Assembly: GCA_963714275.1 (NCBI GenBank)
Contig: CAVQNT010000004.1
Coordinates: 1 to 64,000 of the forward strand
Direction of reading: 5' to 3'
Source: Candidatus Bathyarchaeota archaeon
GTDB taxonomy: Archaea; Thermoproteota; Bathyarchaeia; Bathyarchaeales; DTEX01
DNA length: 64,000 nt
The translations under genes and the position numbers were made by a program. The notes under the pieces were generated by a model. It saw nothing but the letters and a program-made list of their open reading frames with translations. It was not told the origin of the DNA and did no database searches. Below, piece by piece: positions 54,628-64,000 of the stretch (the stretch's first letter is position 1; the number at the start of each line of letters is the position of its first letter).

Positions 54628-55987
54628 CTAAAGATATTTAGTCAGCCTTTCTTGGTACAAAGTGTCTTTTAAAAGGGTGCTTGTTTGAACCCAATTGTCA
54701 AGACTGATTGCGAATCTTGAGTTAATGTGGTTCATGGCTTCGCCAAGAGTGCTGAAATTATGTGGTTCTTTTCGGAAGGCTTCCCTTACGCATTCACGGT
54801 TTATCCATACGCCCAAGGGCACGATGAAGTTAGGATGGATCTTCCCTCATGGCAATGACGCTGGCTTGTCTTCCTTCTTTTGCCAAGAACTCCGCTGCAG
54901 CCAGCCGAACCGCGTAGTAGCAGCCACCTATTGAGGCATAGGTTGTTCGACCTCTGTATCCTTCCCAGTCTGCTCCCATCGCAATGTCCTGTCCCTTCGG
55001 GTTCCACACTGTTCCGGGATACCACGCTTCTATCCACTCGTATCTCCAGCTGGAAGGAGTCAGCAAAACTAAGAATCGGTTTCCAAGGTGGCTGAACTCG
55101 TAGATTCTGTACCCGTTTATTTGCGGCTTCCCCTTCACTTGGTCCTCAATCAGGTTCCTCGAAATCGATGAATCGACAGCCGTTATGCTCCATCTCGTCG
55201 GAACCATCCGCCTCTGGTCCCTAAGCCCGAAGGCGCCAACACTGAATGCTCTTTGAATCTTCGAAACGGGAACGCTGTCCGAATAAAGGTTTTGAATCGC
55301 ACTTTCAGCTTTCAAGTCAGCGTCTCCGTAGGCTTTTTCGATTCTCGAATCAGACCTGAAGCTTCCGACATCCATGTTTCGTAGGACTGCTGAGGGTCCC
55401 ATGGGTTGTACTTCGCTGTCCAACAACAGTCTTCCAGACGGTTTCTTGTTAAAAGTGACTTCTGTCTCAACGGAGTCTCTTGACAACGCAACCTCGAGAG
55501 TCTTGTCTATAAATTTTTTGTTTTGAAAGGGCTTTGTGATATTTACCCTGAACTTTGCCCGAACGAGGTTTGTCCTGAAACCTATTATTTCATTCACTGT
55601 CTTCCCAAGCCACTGTTCAGGCGAATCATAAAGGGCGGTGTCTCCCAGCACTGGCGGAACTAAGGGTCCAGCATAGACATGCGGATACCCAATGCGTCCC
55701 ACAAACACTCCAGGAGGAGACGAACCACGTAAACGGTCGGAGTTAACGGAACTTTCAGCTTTTATAAAAGAATACAATTTAAGAATGGCTGGACACTGAG
55801 GCTTTCCGCACAGCATCTTGCTACCTCTGCAAACAAGGCAAAGGCTTCCTTCTCGTACTTGAACCTCCATGACTGAGGAGTCAACATTAAAGTCTCCTGC
55901 AATTTTTATGTCATTAATTATGTGTCCTACCCAAGGAACTTTCCGCTTGATTTTTTTGATGAACTTTTTGTTCAACCCTGACCTCAA
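54628..55987 (-). CDS. nreA: Nre family DNA repair protein (frameshift near 54841)
   Basis: C..CRG...CG...CP, GSSPP.VFVG..GYP, VPTRWSITAVD, GCYYA.RL, C-terminal PIP box QERLTKYL. Confidence 0.9.
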
Positions 55988-56188
55988 GATTTCCTCACAT
56001 TCTTAATATGGTTTCAAGAAACGAGTTGATTGTTGGGAAAAATTATAGTTACATTTTTCACATATAAAAATGTCTACTTTTATTTGATATACTTTAGTAT
56101 TAGGGCAGCATGTTTTGAATATGCTTTTTGAAACTAAGTGTAATGGTTTAGACCAGTTTATGTTCTTTCTTTTTGATAATCAGGCTAG

Positions 56189-56490
56189 CTCACTAATGCA
56201 GTAGACGCAATGCCTCAAGGCGGCAACCTCACAATAAACAGCCAGATACATCAAGATAACTTGGAAGTCACATTCACCGATACTGGATAAGGCATACCTC
56301 TTGAGGTCATAGAAAAACTCTGGACACCCTTCTTCACGACGAAAACGAAGGGGTTGGGACTTGGTTAGCAAAATGTTAACGCATCATAGAGGCGCATGGC
56401 GGTCGAATTTCAGTAGAAAGTGTTGTGGGAAAAGGAACGATATTTCGGATAACGCTTCCAGTTAGAGGACCAATTAAGGACAAAAATTAG
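56189..56490 (+). pseudogene. Remnant of a histidine kinase HATPase_c domain
   Basis: LTNAVDAMPQGG...DTG*GIP...PFFTTK.KGLGLG...AHGGRISVES..GKGT.F; no start, internal stops and a frameshift. Confidence 0.8.
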
Positions 56491-56611
56491 AATTGCACCC
56501 AACGCCTTTGGCACAAACAATGAGAAGTTTTTAGTAAGCATAACTCACCCACAAATTGGCTTGTTTCAAAATAAGCTACTCAATCCTGAGCTAGCTGGCT
56601 AACTAGTTTTT

Positions 56612-57604
56612 TTAAAGGAATCTTTTCACTGAAATTTCCTTGTTTCTTTTTGCTGATTCCAAGGCTGCGACGACTATGGCAAGGCTTTTGATGTTGTCTT
56701 TGCCGCTTGTTTCAGGTTGCCTGTTTTGTTTAATTGATTCCGCGAACTCGTAGAGTGAGTAGTGTCGGTCCTCAACAGGCATTAAAATCAAACTTTCTTC
56801 GGCAGATGTTCTTGGTTCCCCAGAACTGACCTCAACATTCTTGTCCCAGTGTATTCCGCCGTTTGAGCATTCGATTCGCCAGTCGCCGTCCCATGTTGTT
56901 TCCCAGCCAAGTGAAACCCAGCTACCAAAATAGGTTAGTTGAAGACCATTCTCCATTTTAAAGACTACAGATGTGCATGGGTCTCCTTCGAACCAGCTCC
57001 AGCTGGGACGCCAGGTTCTGCAGTAAAGGCTTTCTGCTTCGGTGTTGAAGATGTACCTCATCATGTCGAAGTGGTGGATCGACATGTCGACGAGAAGCGG
57101 ATACTCCATTTTTAGTCGGAACCCAGAAAACCGCGGAGCTTTATGGAAGTTTATAATCACATAATTTGGCTTTCCAGCCTTTTCGGTTTCAAGCAGCTTT
57201 CTAATTGTCCGTGGTCCCTTCCTGAACCTGTAATTTTGGCTCACCATCAGTTTAAGGTTCTTTTTCTTGGCTTCAGCGACCATTTTTTTGGCGCTTTCAA
57301 TGGTGTCAGCAATCGGCTTCTCAGTTAAAACATGAAGCCCCGCCTTGAGTGCCCTGATTGCGACCTCAGCGTGAAAGGCAGGTGGTACAACAATTAAGAC
57401 TGCGTCAGCCTCGATTTTTTCAAGGGCGTCATCTAAGCTTGTGAAGCACCTGTTTTTTGGCATCTCATGTGCTTTGGCTGCCTCTTTTAACACTTCTTCA
57501 TTTATGTCGACATATGCTTCTGCTTTGACGTATTTTGATTCTTTCACGACATCTGTCCAGCTATTCCCAAAGCCTCCCACGCCGACCTGAATCAACCTTA
57601 ACAT
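56612..57604 (-). CDS. Gfo/Idh/MocA oxidoreductase
   Basis: VGVGGFG, EKP, QNYR, DMSIHHFD. Confidence 0.88.
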   Translation of the reverse strand: MLRLIQVGVGGFGNSWTDVVKESKYVKAEAYVDINEEVLKEAAKAHEMPKNRCFTSLDDALEKIEADAVLIVVPPAFHAEVAIRALKAGLHVLTEKPIADTIESAKKMVAEAKKKNLKLMVSQNYRFRKGPRTIRKLLETEKAGKPNYVIINFHKAPRFSGFRLKMEYPLLVDMSIHHFDMMRYIFNTEAESLYCRTWRPSWSWFEGDPCTSVVFKMENGLQLTYFGSWVSLGWETTWDGDWRIECSNGGIHWDKNVEVSSGEPRTSAEESLILMPVEDRHYSLYEFAESIKQNRQPETSGKDNIKSLAIVVAALESAKRNKEISVKRFL

Positions 57605-57748
57605 TCAGATTCCTCAGCTGAATTTATCCTATAATTTCATTTTTCCATGTTTTATTTCTTTCAGTGAAGTATTAGCGACCTTGAAGAAAAACGGAAGATA
57701 CTTGGCTCTGATGATTGCCGGAAAATTGCTTTCTGTTTATTCCAAAGA

Positions 57749-58351
57749 TTATTCGATGTTTATTGGTTCTCCTTTCGGGTTCTCGTCTTCCTTCTTTTTG
57801 AGCGTGACTTCCAATACTCCGTTCTTGTATGAAGACTTGGCTTCTTTGGGATCGACCTTTGAAGGCAGCTCGACTTCCTTGAAGTATTTGTGTTGAGGTA
57901 TGTCAACCAAGATTGTTAGGCTTCTTTCTGTCCCTTGAATCTTAATGTCTTTCTTGTCGACGCCTGGCAATTCAACTATGACTCTGATTTCGTTGTTTGA
58001 TGGAATGATGTCAACTAGGGGTTCCCTTTCCTCCTTAATGTTTATCTGGGGCTTTCCGAACTTGGCTTCAGTTTTGACGTTGCCAAACTGTCTTATTTGG
58101 GGTTTACCGTCAGGACCCACAGTTACGCTGTATCCGTAGACGAAGGGTCCCATTTCGTTCACTTTGGAGCCATCTGGAAGTGTCCTTTCTCGGATGAGAT
58201 CTTTTGGAACTCTCTTCGACATTTCTTCGAACTCTTTATGTATCATTTCTTCCATCTGTTTGAAGACGTCGTCAAAATCTTCGGGGAAGAATCCTCTAAA
58301 AAATGGTATTCTCCTACGTTTAAACCATCTGTCTTCTTCATCGTCAGACAA
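57749..58351 (-). CDS. hsp20: Archaeal small heat shock protein Hsp20
   Basis: GPFVYGYS.T.GPDGKP..R.FGN, ELPGV.K, YKNGVLEV. Confidence 0.92.
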   Translation of the reverse strand: MSDDEEDRWFKRRRIPFFRGFFPEDFDDVFKQMEEMIHKEFEEMSKRVPKDLIRERTLPDGSKVNEMGPFVYGYSVTVGPDGKPQIRQFGNVKTEAKFGKPQINIKEEREPLVDIIPSNNEIRVIVELPGVDKKDIKIQGTERSLTILVDIPQHKYFKEVELPSKVDPKEAKSSYKNGVLEVTLKKKEDENPKGEPINIE

Positions 58352-58475
58352 GATGCTTCGCCAAAATTAAGCTTGTAGAACGGAATTTAAAAACGTATCG
58401 TGTTCTTAGGAAAACGTCCTTAATAATTTATCTACTCAATCGTACATTCATTGAATTAAACACAGGTGACAGTTA

Positions 58476-59165
58476 TTGGTTAATGAGCACATGGGGGTAG
58501 CCATCAAGGCAAAAACGGTTTCTGAAGCTTGGCAAAAAGCTGTTTTTGAATGCTGGAACAGGGGAGCCCAAGTTCCCACCGAGTACGGGGAAATGTCAAA
58601 AGAGCTACTTGGCCTGATTGTTGTTGTTGAGGAGCCGTTCGCTGAGCCTCGGGTTCACAGGGGAGACTTGCTTGTGGCTGTGAAGGATTCGCTTACGAAA
58701 TACTACGATGAGGTGCTGCGTGGAACACTTGACAACGCGGTTAAGGAGGGAAAGATTCACTACACATACCACGAGAGGCTGTTCAGTTACCCGCCCAAGG
58801 CAATTTCGCAGATTGACTACGTGATAAGAAAGCTTCAGGAAACACATTATTCGAGGCGGGCTCAAGCCATAACTTGGGACCCCGAAAAAGACGTGTGGGT
58901 TGACTCTCCACCTTGTCTCCAAAGGGTCTGGTGCACCATAAGAGACGGCAAGCTCGTCCTTCACACGAGTTGGCGCAGCCGAGACATCTTTCGAGCCATG
59001 CACATGAATATGCTTGCTTTAACTGAGCTCCAAAAAATGGTCAGCGGACAATTAAACGTTGAAGTAGGTCCATACTTGGATTTCTCGAACAGCGCCCACA
59101 TCTACGAAAAAACTTACGGAGACGTAGAACGCTTTATCCGTGTGGTTGAAAGACGCTCACATTGA
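58476..59165 (+). CDS. thyA: Thymidylate synthase, archaeal ThyA type
   Basis: YTYHERL, SRRA, PPCL, RSRD...N, SAHIYE. Confidence 0.85.
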   Translation: MVNEHMGVAIKAKTVSEAWQKAVFECWNRGAQVPTEYGEMSKELLGLIVVVEEPFAEPRVHRGDLLVAVKDSLTKYYDEVLRGTLDNAVKEGKIHYTYHERLFSYPPKAISQIDYVIRKLQETHYSRRAQAITWDPEKDVWVDSPPCLQRVWCTIRDGKLVLHTSWRSRDIFRAMHMNMLALTELQKMVSGQLNVEVGPYLDFSNSAHIYEKTYGDVERFIRVVERRSH

Positions 59166-59193
59166 AATTGTATATTTGAAATCTGTATGTTTT

Positions 59194-59622
59194 TTATTCG
59201 CCTATCACTTGGACCTGAATCTGCCTTGTTCGAGGACCATCCATTTCTATGACGAGTACAGATTGCCAGGTGCCAAGCTGCATTTTCCCGTTTTCAAGAG
59301 GTACCATGACACTGGGCTTAACCAAACAATTCAGAATATGAGCGTGGGCGTTCTGCTCGCTTGCCATCCAACTGTACTTAGCATTATGGCGATAGTTGTC
59401 GTTTATGGGAGCTAGATTTTCAAGGGCTGTTAGGATGTCGTCCCATAGATCCGTGTCATGTTCGTTCACTGCGATGGCTGCTGTTGCGTGAGGAACCCAA
59501 AGGTGAACCAGCCCGTTTACGATTCTGCTTTCTTCAACAACATTGGCAACAGTGTTTGTTATGTCTTGAATCTCCATTCTTTTATGGGTTGATATTGTGA
59601 ATTCCTTGCGGTATATTTTCAT
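59194..59622 (-). CDS. YjbQ/UPF0047 family protein
   Basis: PHATA...NE, NAHAH, LGTWQ....E.DGPR. Confidence 0.9.
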   Translation of the reverse strand: MKIYRKEFTISTHKRMEIQDITNTVANVVEESRIVNGLVHLWVPHATAAIAVNEHDTDLWDDILTALENLAPINDNYRHNAKYSWMASEQNAHAHILNCLVKPSVMVPLENGKMQLGTWQSVLVIEMDGPRTRQIQVQVIGE

Positions 59623-59692
59623 GGTTTCACCCTCATCCTTCACGGTATGCATAATACATTTTTTTGGGAGATAATGTTAGCTTCGTTGAATC

Positions 59693-60340
59693 TTATTTTA
59701 GCACTTTTCCTGTTTCCATGTACCAGAGGTAAAGGTCAAGTTCAGCCATGTTGAGGTCCGCCTTTTTCGCGATGTGCCTCAGTAATTCCTCGATTTCGAG
59801 ATACCTTCTTTTTGTGACGGTCTTAGGTTTTTCGATTAACCCATGTCTAACTAACACGTCGACGATGTGGAAATCGATGATGGCAAAATCGGTGAAGCCT
59901 ACATTTCTGAGAAAGTGACTCGATTCCTTAGGTCCGAAGCCTTTGACCTCTGCGATTAGCCATTCTCTCAATTTTTGCTTATCATCGAAGGACGCGATTG
60001 TGTTCTTTAAGGGGCCTTCGTGCTTCCTTGCCTCAACAATGTACCTTGCTCTCGTGTTCGGGAAGCGGTGACCTAAGGTTTTCAATCTTTGCGCGAGCCT
60101 TTTTTCAGGCAAATTTAGGAAGCCGTCTCCTACTGTGTTCTGGATTTTTATACTTCGTTCGACTGTGAAGTTTGCGCAAAGTATGCAGAAGCACAACTCC
60201 TTGAACAATTCGCTGCTGGGCTTCTTTGCCATTTCTTTAAATTGTGCTGTTCGGGCTTGTACCAGCTGTTTGACCTCGCTTCTTTTTAGCGTTTCAATGG
60301 TTTCGAGCAGTTTTTCAGCAGAATCCGATTTGTTTGTCAT
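59693..60340 (-). CDS. ogg: 8-oxoguanine N-glycosylase/DNA lyase
   Basis: ELCFCIL.AN, HRFPN.RA.YI, KG.G.KE.SHFLRNVG, AI.D.H, LDLYLWY..TGKVLK. Confidence 0.92.
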   Translation of the reverse strand: MTNKSDSAEKLLETIETLKRSEVKQLVQARTAQFKEMAKKPSSELFKELCFCILCANFTVERSIKIQNTVGDGFLNLPEKRLAQRLKTLGHRFPNTRARYIVEARKHEGPLKNTIASFDDKQKLREWLIAEVKGFGPKESSHFLRNVGFTDFAIIDFHIVDVLVRHGLIEKPKTVTKRRYLEIEELLRHIAKKADLNMAELDLYLWYMETGKVLK

Positions 60341-60725
60341 GATTTCTCCCTTGTCATATCTTTTCCGCAACTTCATTGTAGTAAGCTCATGATTAGGAGT
60401 ATAATATTCAGCTTCTAGCAACTATACTTGTACATTGAATATTGTTCTTGCTACCTAGCCTATGATGGAAGAAACCGTTGCGACTCCGAGGCTTATGAAC
60501 AGCATTTCGAGGAACAACCTTTTGAAGGACAGCTCCTTGACTACCGAAAGGAAGAACGTGAAGAACAAGACAACCGAAACCATGTTGTGGTTAAGCTCGA
60601 CTTTTCTTATAGCTTTGGTATGGACTCATGTATTCTAAAGAACCTTTTTATGCAATACTTTAAATGTTTCTCTCGTTGAGTATTCAAGAAAAATTGTATA
60701 TATTAAACTATGCTGAACATCTTCA

Positions 60726-61385
60726 GTGAAATGTATGAGAAAAAAGGCTTTTGTGAACATTGCTGCTGTAATCGTAACCGCCATCATTTCAGCCTTTATT
60801 CTCTACGAGACGTTGTTCACGGGCAGTCTATTGCAGGAAGCTGGGCTTCTAGGCATTTTTTTGGCTTCGTTGTTCAGCCACCTGACCGTCATCGGCAGAG
60901 ACATGTTTGTTCCCGCGTTCATTAACCTGATGAAATACTACAATCCTGTCGTTCTCGGGTTTTCCGCTGGGCTGGGGGCAGCATTAGGCGAAGTTTCCAC
61001 CTATTATTGGGGACGGGGGATACAGGAAGCCTTCCAAGAAAACAGCCAAAGCAGCGTGGTCACAAAGTGGATTGAAAAATACGGTTTTCTTGCCATCTTG
61101 CTGGTCGCGTCTTCGCCATTACCTGATACACCCATCGTATTGCTTGCTGGAACCGTAAGGTTTCCGTTCAAGAAATTTTTGATTATTCAGATTATTGGGA
61201 AAACCGCGTATTACTCTTTAGGCGCAGTTGTCGGAGGCGCCATTTTTCAGGGATTAAGCAATTATATAGAAGAATGGATTCTTTCAGCAGTCGTGTTGGC
61301 GGGCTCCATCGTGCTTTGTGTATTGGCTTCTTGGAGCAAAAGTAGAGAATGGATCATACATCTACTAAGAAAAATTTTACACTAA
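60726..61385 (+). CDS. VTT/DedA (SNARE-associated) membrane protein
   Basis: GAALGE...Y..G, SPLPD....L.AG....F..F.....GK. Confidence 0.8.
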   Translation: MKCMRKKAFVNIAAVIVTAIISAFILYETLFTGSLLQEAGLLGIFLASLFSHLTVIGRDMFVPAFINLMKYYNPVVLGFSAGLGAALGEVSTYYWGRGIQEAFQENSQSSVVTKWIEKYGFLAILLVASSPLPDTPIVLLAGTVRFPFKKFLIIQIIGKTAYYSLGAVVGGAIFQGLSNYIEEWILSAVVLAGSIVLCVLASWSKSREWIIHLLRKILH

Positions 61386-61499
61386 ATTATTGAGACTGGT
61401 TTAATCAAGCACAATTTTTGGTACTCTTGGAAATGTAGTTATGTTTATACTTTTGTTGTGTCATTGTTTGTTGTCGAGTCTGGTCGGTTGGTTGCTGCT

Positions 61500-62927
61500 A
61501 TGGTTCTGATGGTCCATAACACTTTGGGAAAGAGGCTGGAAAAGTTTGTCCCGTTACACAAGAAGGAGGTTCGAATGTATGTTTGTGGTCCAACCGTCTA
61601 CGATTATGTTCACATCGGTAATGCAAGGGCTTTTGTCGTGGCTGACGTTGTCCGCCGATACCTTGAGCATAGGGGATTCAAGGTTAGGCTCGTCTGCAAC
61701 GTGACCGACATCGACGACAAGACCATAAACAGAGCAAACGATTCGGGAATGAGCGTCCAGCAGCTCGGCGACTACTTCACCGAAGCCTACATAAAGGACA
61801 TGGCGTCGCTGAACATTAAAGAGGCTGACGTAAGTCCAAGGGCGACCAAGCATGTCCCTGAAATAATCGAGACAATTGAGACCTTAGTTAAGAACGGGTA
61901 CGCCTACGAAGTTGACGGAGACGTTTACTTCGACGTCGCAAAGTTCAAGGAATACGGTAAGCTCTCAGGAAACAAGGCTGAAGCCCTGCAAGCAGGCGCC
62001 AGAATTGAGGTTGACCCGAAGAAAAGAAGCCCAGCAGATTTTACGGTTTGGAAGGCTTGGAAAAAGGGCGAGCCCGGCTGGTACAGTCCTTGGGGGAAGG
62101 GTAGACCCGGATGGCACATTGAATGTTCGACCATGGCGACAAAATATCTCGGGGAGACCTTCGACATTCACATGGGCGGGAAGGACCTGATTTTTCCTCA
62201 TCACGAGAACGAGGTTGCCCAATCCGAAGCTGCGAACGGAAAACCGTTTGCTAGGTACTGGCTTCACAACGAATGGTTAACTGTGGACGGGAACAAGATG
62301 TCGAAGTCTCTGGGCAACTTTGTCACTGTCCGCGAAGCCTCGAAAATGTGTAAGCCACGGATTCTACGTTTTTTCCTAATCTCTGCCCATTACCGTAGCC
62401 CAGTTGATTTTAACAAGGAAGCCTTGAAGGTTGCGGAAACAAACCTTGAGAGGCTGTTGAATGCTTTGAAGAGGTTTGAGGGTCTTCGGGAAAAACGAGT
62501 CCGCGGGTCTGGAGAGGAAAAACTTTTATCCGATGTTAAGGGCGCAAAGACGAAGTTCGAGGAAGCCATGAACAACGATTTCAACACGTCTCTGGCGATT
62601 TCGGCGCTTTATGACCTCGCCAAATCCTTGTATGGTTACATTAAAAGCAACAGCGAAATAGAAACTAAGGCAAAGAAAGAAGTCTCGGAGACTTTCAGGG
62701 AACTTTTGGACGTTCTGGGCGTGGAAACCTCGTCCGCTGAGCTGGAAACTGAACAGGCAAAGCTTGCGGATGACCTTGTCCAGTTGGTCATTGATTTAAG
62801 AAAAGAGTTGAAGGACCGCAAAGAATGGGACGTTGCAGACAAGGTTAGGCTTGGACTTCAGGACATCGAAATAGAATTGGAAGACACGCCCGAAGGAACA
62901 AGGTGGAAAAGGAAAAGAAAAGGCTAG
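61500..62927 (+). CDS. cysS: Cysteine--tRNA ligase
   Basis: CGPTVYD..HIGNAR, GRPGWHIECS, FPHHENE, KMSKS. Confidence 0.97.
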   Translation: MVLMVHNTLGKRLEKFVPLHKKEVRMYVCGPTVYDYVHIGNARAFVVADVVRRYLEHRGFKVRLVCNVTDIDDKTINRANDSGMSVQQLGDYFTEAYIKDMASLNIKEADVSPRATKHVPEIIETIETLVKNGYAYEVDGDVYFDVAKFKEYGKLSGNKAEALQAGARIEVDPKKRSPADFTVWKAWKKGEPGWYSPWGKGRPGWHIECSTMATKYLGETFDIHMGGKDLIFPHHENEVAQSEAANGKPFARYWLHNEWLTVDGNKMSKSLGNFVTVREASKMCKPRILRFFLISAHYRSPVDFNKEALKVAETNLERLLNALKRFEGLREKRVRGSGEEKLLSDVKGAKTKFEEAMNNDFNTSLAISALYDLAKSLYGYIKSNSEIETKAKKEVSETFRELLDVLGVETSSAELETEQAKLADDLVQLVIDLRKELKDRKEWDVADKVRLGLQDIEIELEDTPEGTRWKRKRKG

Positions 62928-63008
62928 CTTCCGTGCTTACGCCGAATTTAGGCTTTCTGCCACTCCCAAAATTACTCAATTTATAAAATCTACGGAATCA
63001 AGCGTTTA

Positions 63009-63091
63009 GACAGGTATGTTTTGTTCATCATCCGAATCTGCATTTTGAACAACACACGGCATCGTCTTGAACTTGTCTGATTTGTGTGACA
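63009..63091 (-). repeat. Inverted copy of the 51.3-kb repeat
   Basis: The reverse complement aligns without gaps to 51335-51417 (64/83 identical by hand; core 43/52). Confidence 0.75.
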
Positions 63092-63243
63092 ATACTAGAG
63101 CTTATGAAACAAACATTACACTATTTCGTGGAAGCTCAGCTCACTTTAAAACCATACTTTTTTTTACACGTTTTTTTTGATTGATATTTTTTGTTTCCAC
63201 AAATAGATCCTTCACTGATGATGATTTTAGATCTTTTTTGTAT

Positions 63244-63461
63244 CGTGGGCGCAGTTGTGTTCCGCGCAACTAACACTCGGCATCATCGCGAGGCGGGCAC
63301 GCCATTCTCAGCCAAGCTCTCTCTTACGCGGCTTTTCTGGCGCCCACGCCCGCCTTGTCCCGCTTCTGGGTAAACTCTCCATCACTGAAGGATGCGGAAG
63401 CATCCGTCTTTGTCGAGTCCGTCTAGGCGGGCCCATTTATGGGTTAGGCGGGATTAACTGA
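63244..63461. ncRNA. Candidate structured non-coding RNA, family unrecognised
   Basis: GC-rich island in an AT-rich intergenic region with at least 6 complementary helices, some of them crossing; no credible ORF. Confidence 0.6.
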
Positions 63462-63541
63462 GCTCATATCATCGCCATTCTAGACTGTGATGCGGTTTTT
63501 AGATAAACATTTCTATATTAGGCTCGTAGGCAGCGAATTGT

Positions 63542-64000
63542 TCAAGTTTTTTCCAAGAGGTATTGCCCTAACTTGTTAAGGTTGATTTCGAAAGCAGCAG
63601 CTGGGTTTTCTAAGCCCCAGTTCTGAAGCACCTGAGGGTGAATTTCGCCCATGAACCCTAGTTCTATACCCTTAACAACTATTTTGCCCATTCTGCCTTC
63701 GATGAAGCTTCCGTGACGAGCTTCAGTCAGCGAGTAGGAAGCCCCTAGGTTAACGAGTAAAGCGTCAAGCATAGATTTTGCTTCAGTGAAGCTTGCGTTT
63801 GAATGAAGCGTTACACAGGCAAGAGTTTCGATGTCGCTTGTTCTGTTTTCTTTTTCTTCGTCATGGATGACGCAGTATCCGACCTCAAAAATTTTCTGCG
63901 GATATTCCACGTGAGTGTTGTGACCAAGAAACTCCATTAGGCTTGGAAGCAGCCAGTTTCTTAGGCAAGTCATTGACGCAAGTCTCGGATTTGCAATTTC
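63542..64000 (-). CDS. pheT: Phenylalanine--tRNA ligase beta subunit (3' part)
   Basis: LRNWLLPSLM, YPQKIFEVG, FIEGR, GEIHPQVL.NW.L..P..AFE. Confidence 0.92.
   Translation of the reverse strand, partial: EIANPRLASMTCLRNWLLPSLMEFLGHNTHVEYPQKIFEVGYCVIHDEEKENRTSDIETLACVTLHSNASFTEAKSMLDALLVNLGASYSLTEARHGSFIEGRMGKIVVKGIELGFMGEIHPQVLQNWGLENPAAAFEINLNKLGQYLLEKT

Noticed and set aside
63244-63461. RNase P RNA, SRP RNA or TPP riboswitch; ORFs 63191-63373 and 63255-63461
   Set aside because: Only partial motif resemblances. The GAGGAA-type P4 strand, SRP helix 8 and the TPP 3' half are not seen. The ORFs have no protein-like features.

Overview
Archaeal chromosome segment. Archaeal-type uL3/uL4/uL23/uL2/uS19, NreA, ThyA, PAC2 and the overall gene content suggest a TACK lineage such as Bathyarchaeia (inference). 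More than 30 reading-frame disruptions occur, including in argS and rpl3, so most are assembly errors. About 30 of them fall in or next to AGCT, which points to genome-wide AGCT modification. Layout: (1) 1-15.6 kb, an integrated element/island ending at tRNA-Pro(GGG), with a Zn-ribbon tyrosine integrase, a ParB-like protein, wHTH genes, a palindrome cluster and ABC-exporter cargo; (2) 15.6-29.6 kb, an AT-rich block with an Opp-type ABC importer, GT2, a phosphatase and an epimerase; (3) pyrE, a HAD/CTP-dependent lipid kinase fusion, and a three-gene operon of a short, apparently hingeless Smc5/6-like ATPase, a kleisin and a kite; (4) argS and ribosomal proteins; (5) a GH3-GH94-SemiSWEET-GH5 glycan cluster; (6) housekeeping genes through cysS and pheT, with an unannotated GC-rich structured RNA candidate between them. 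A degenerate 61-bp tandem repeat family occurs at two loci. All calls come from reading motifs by eye; no searches were run.
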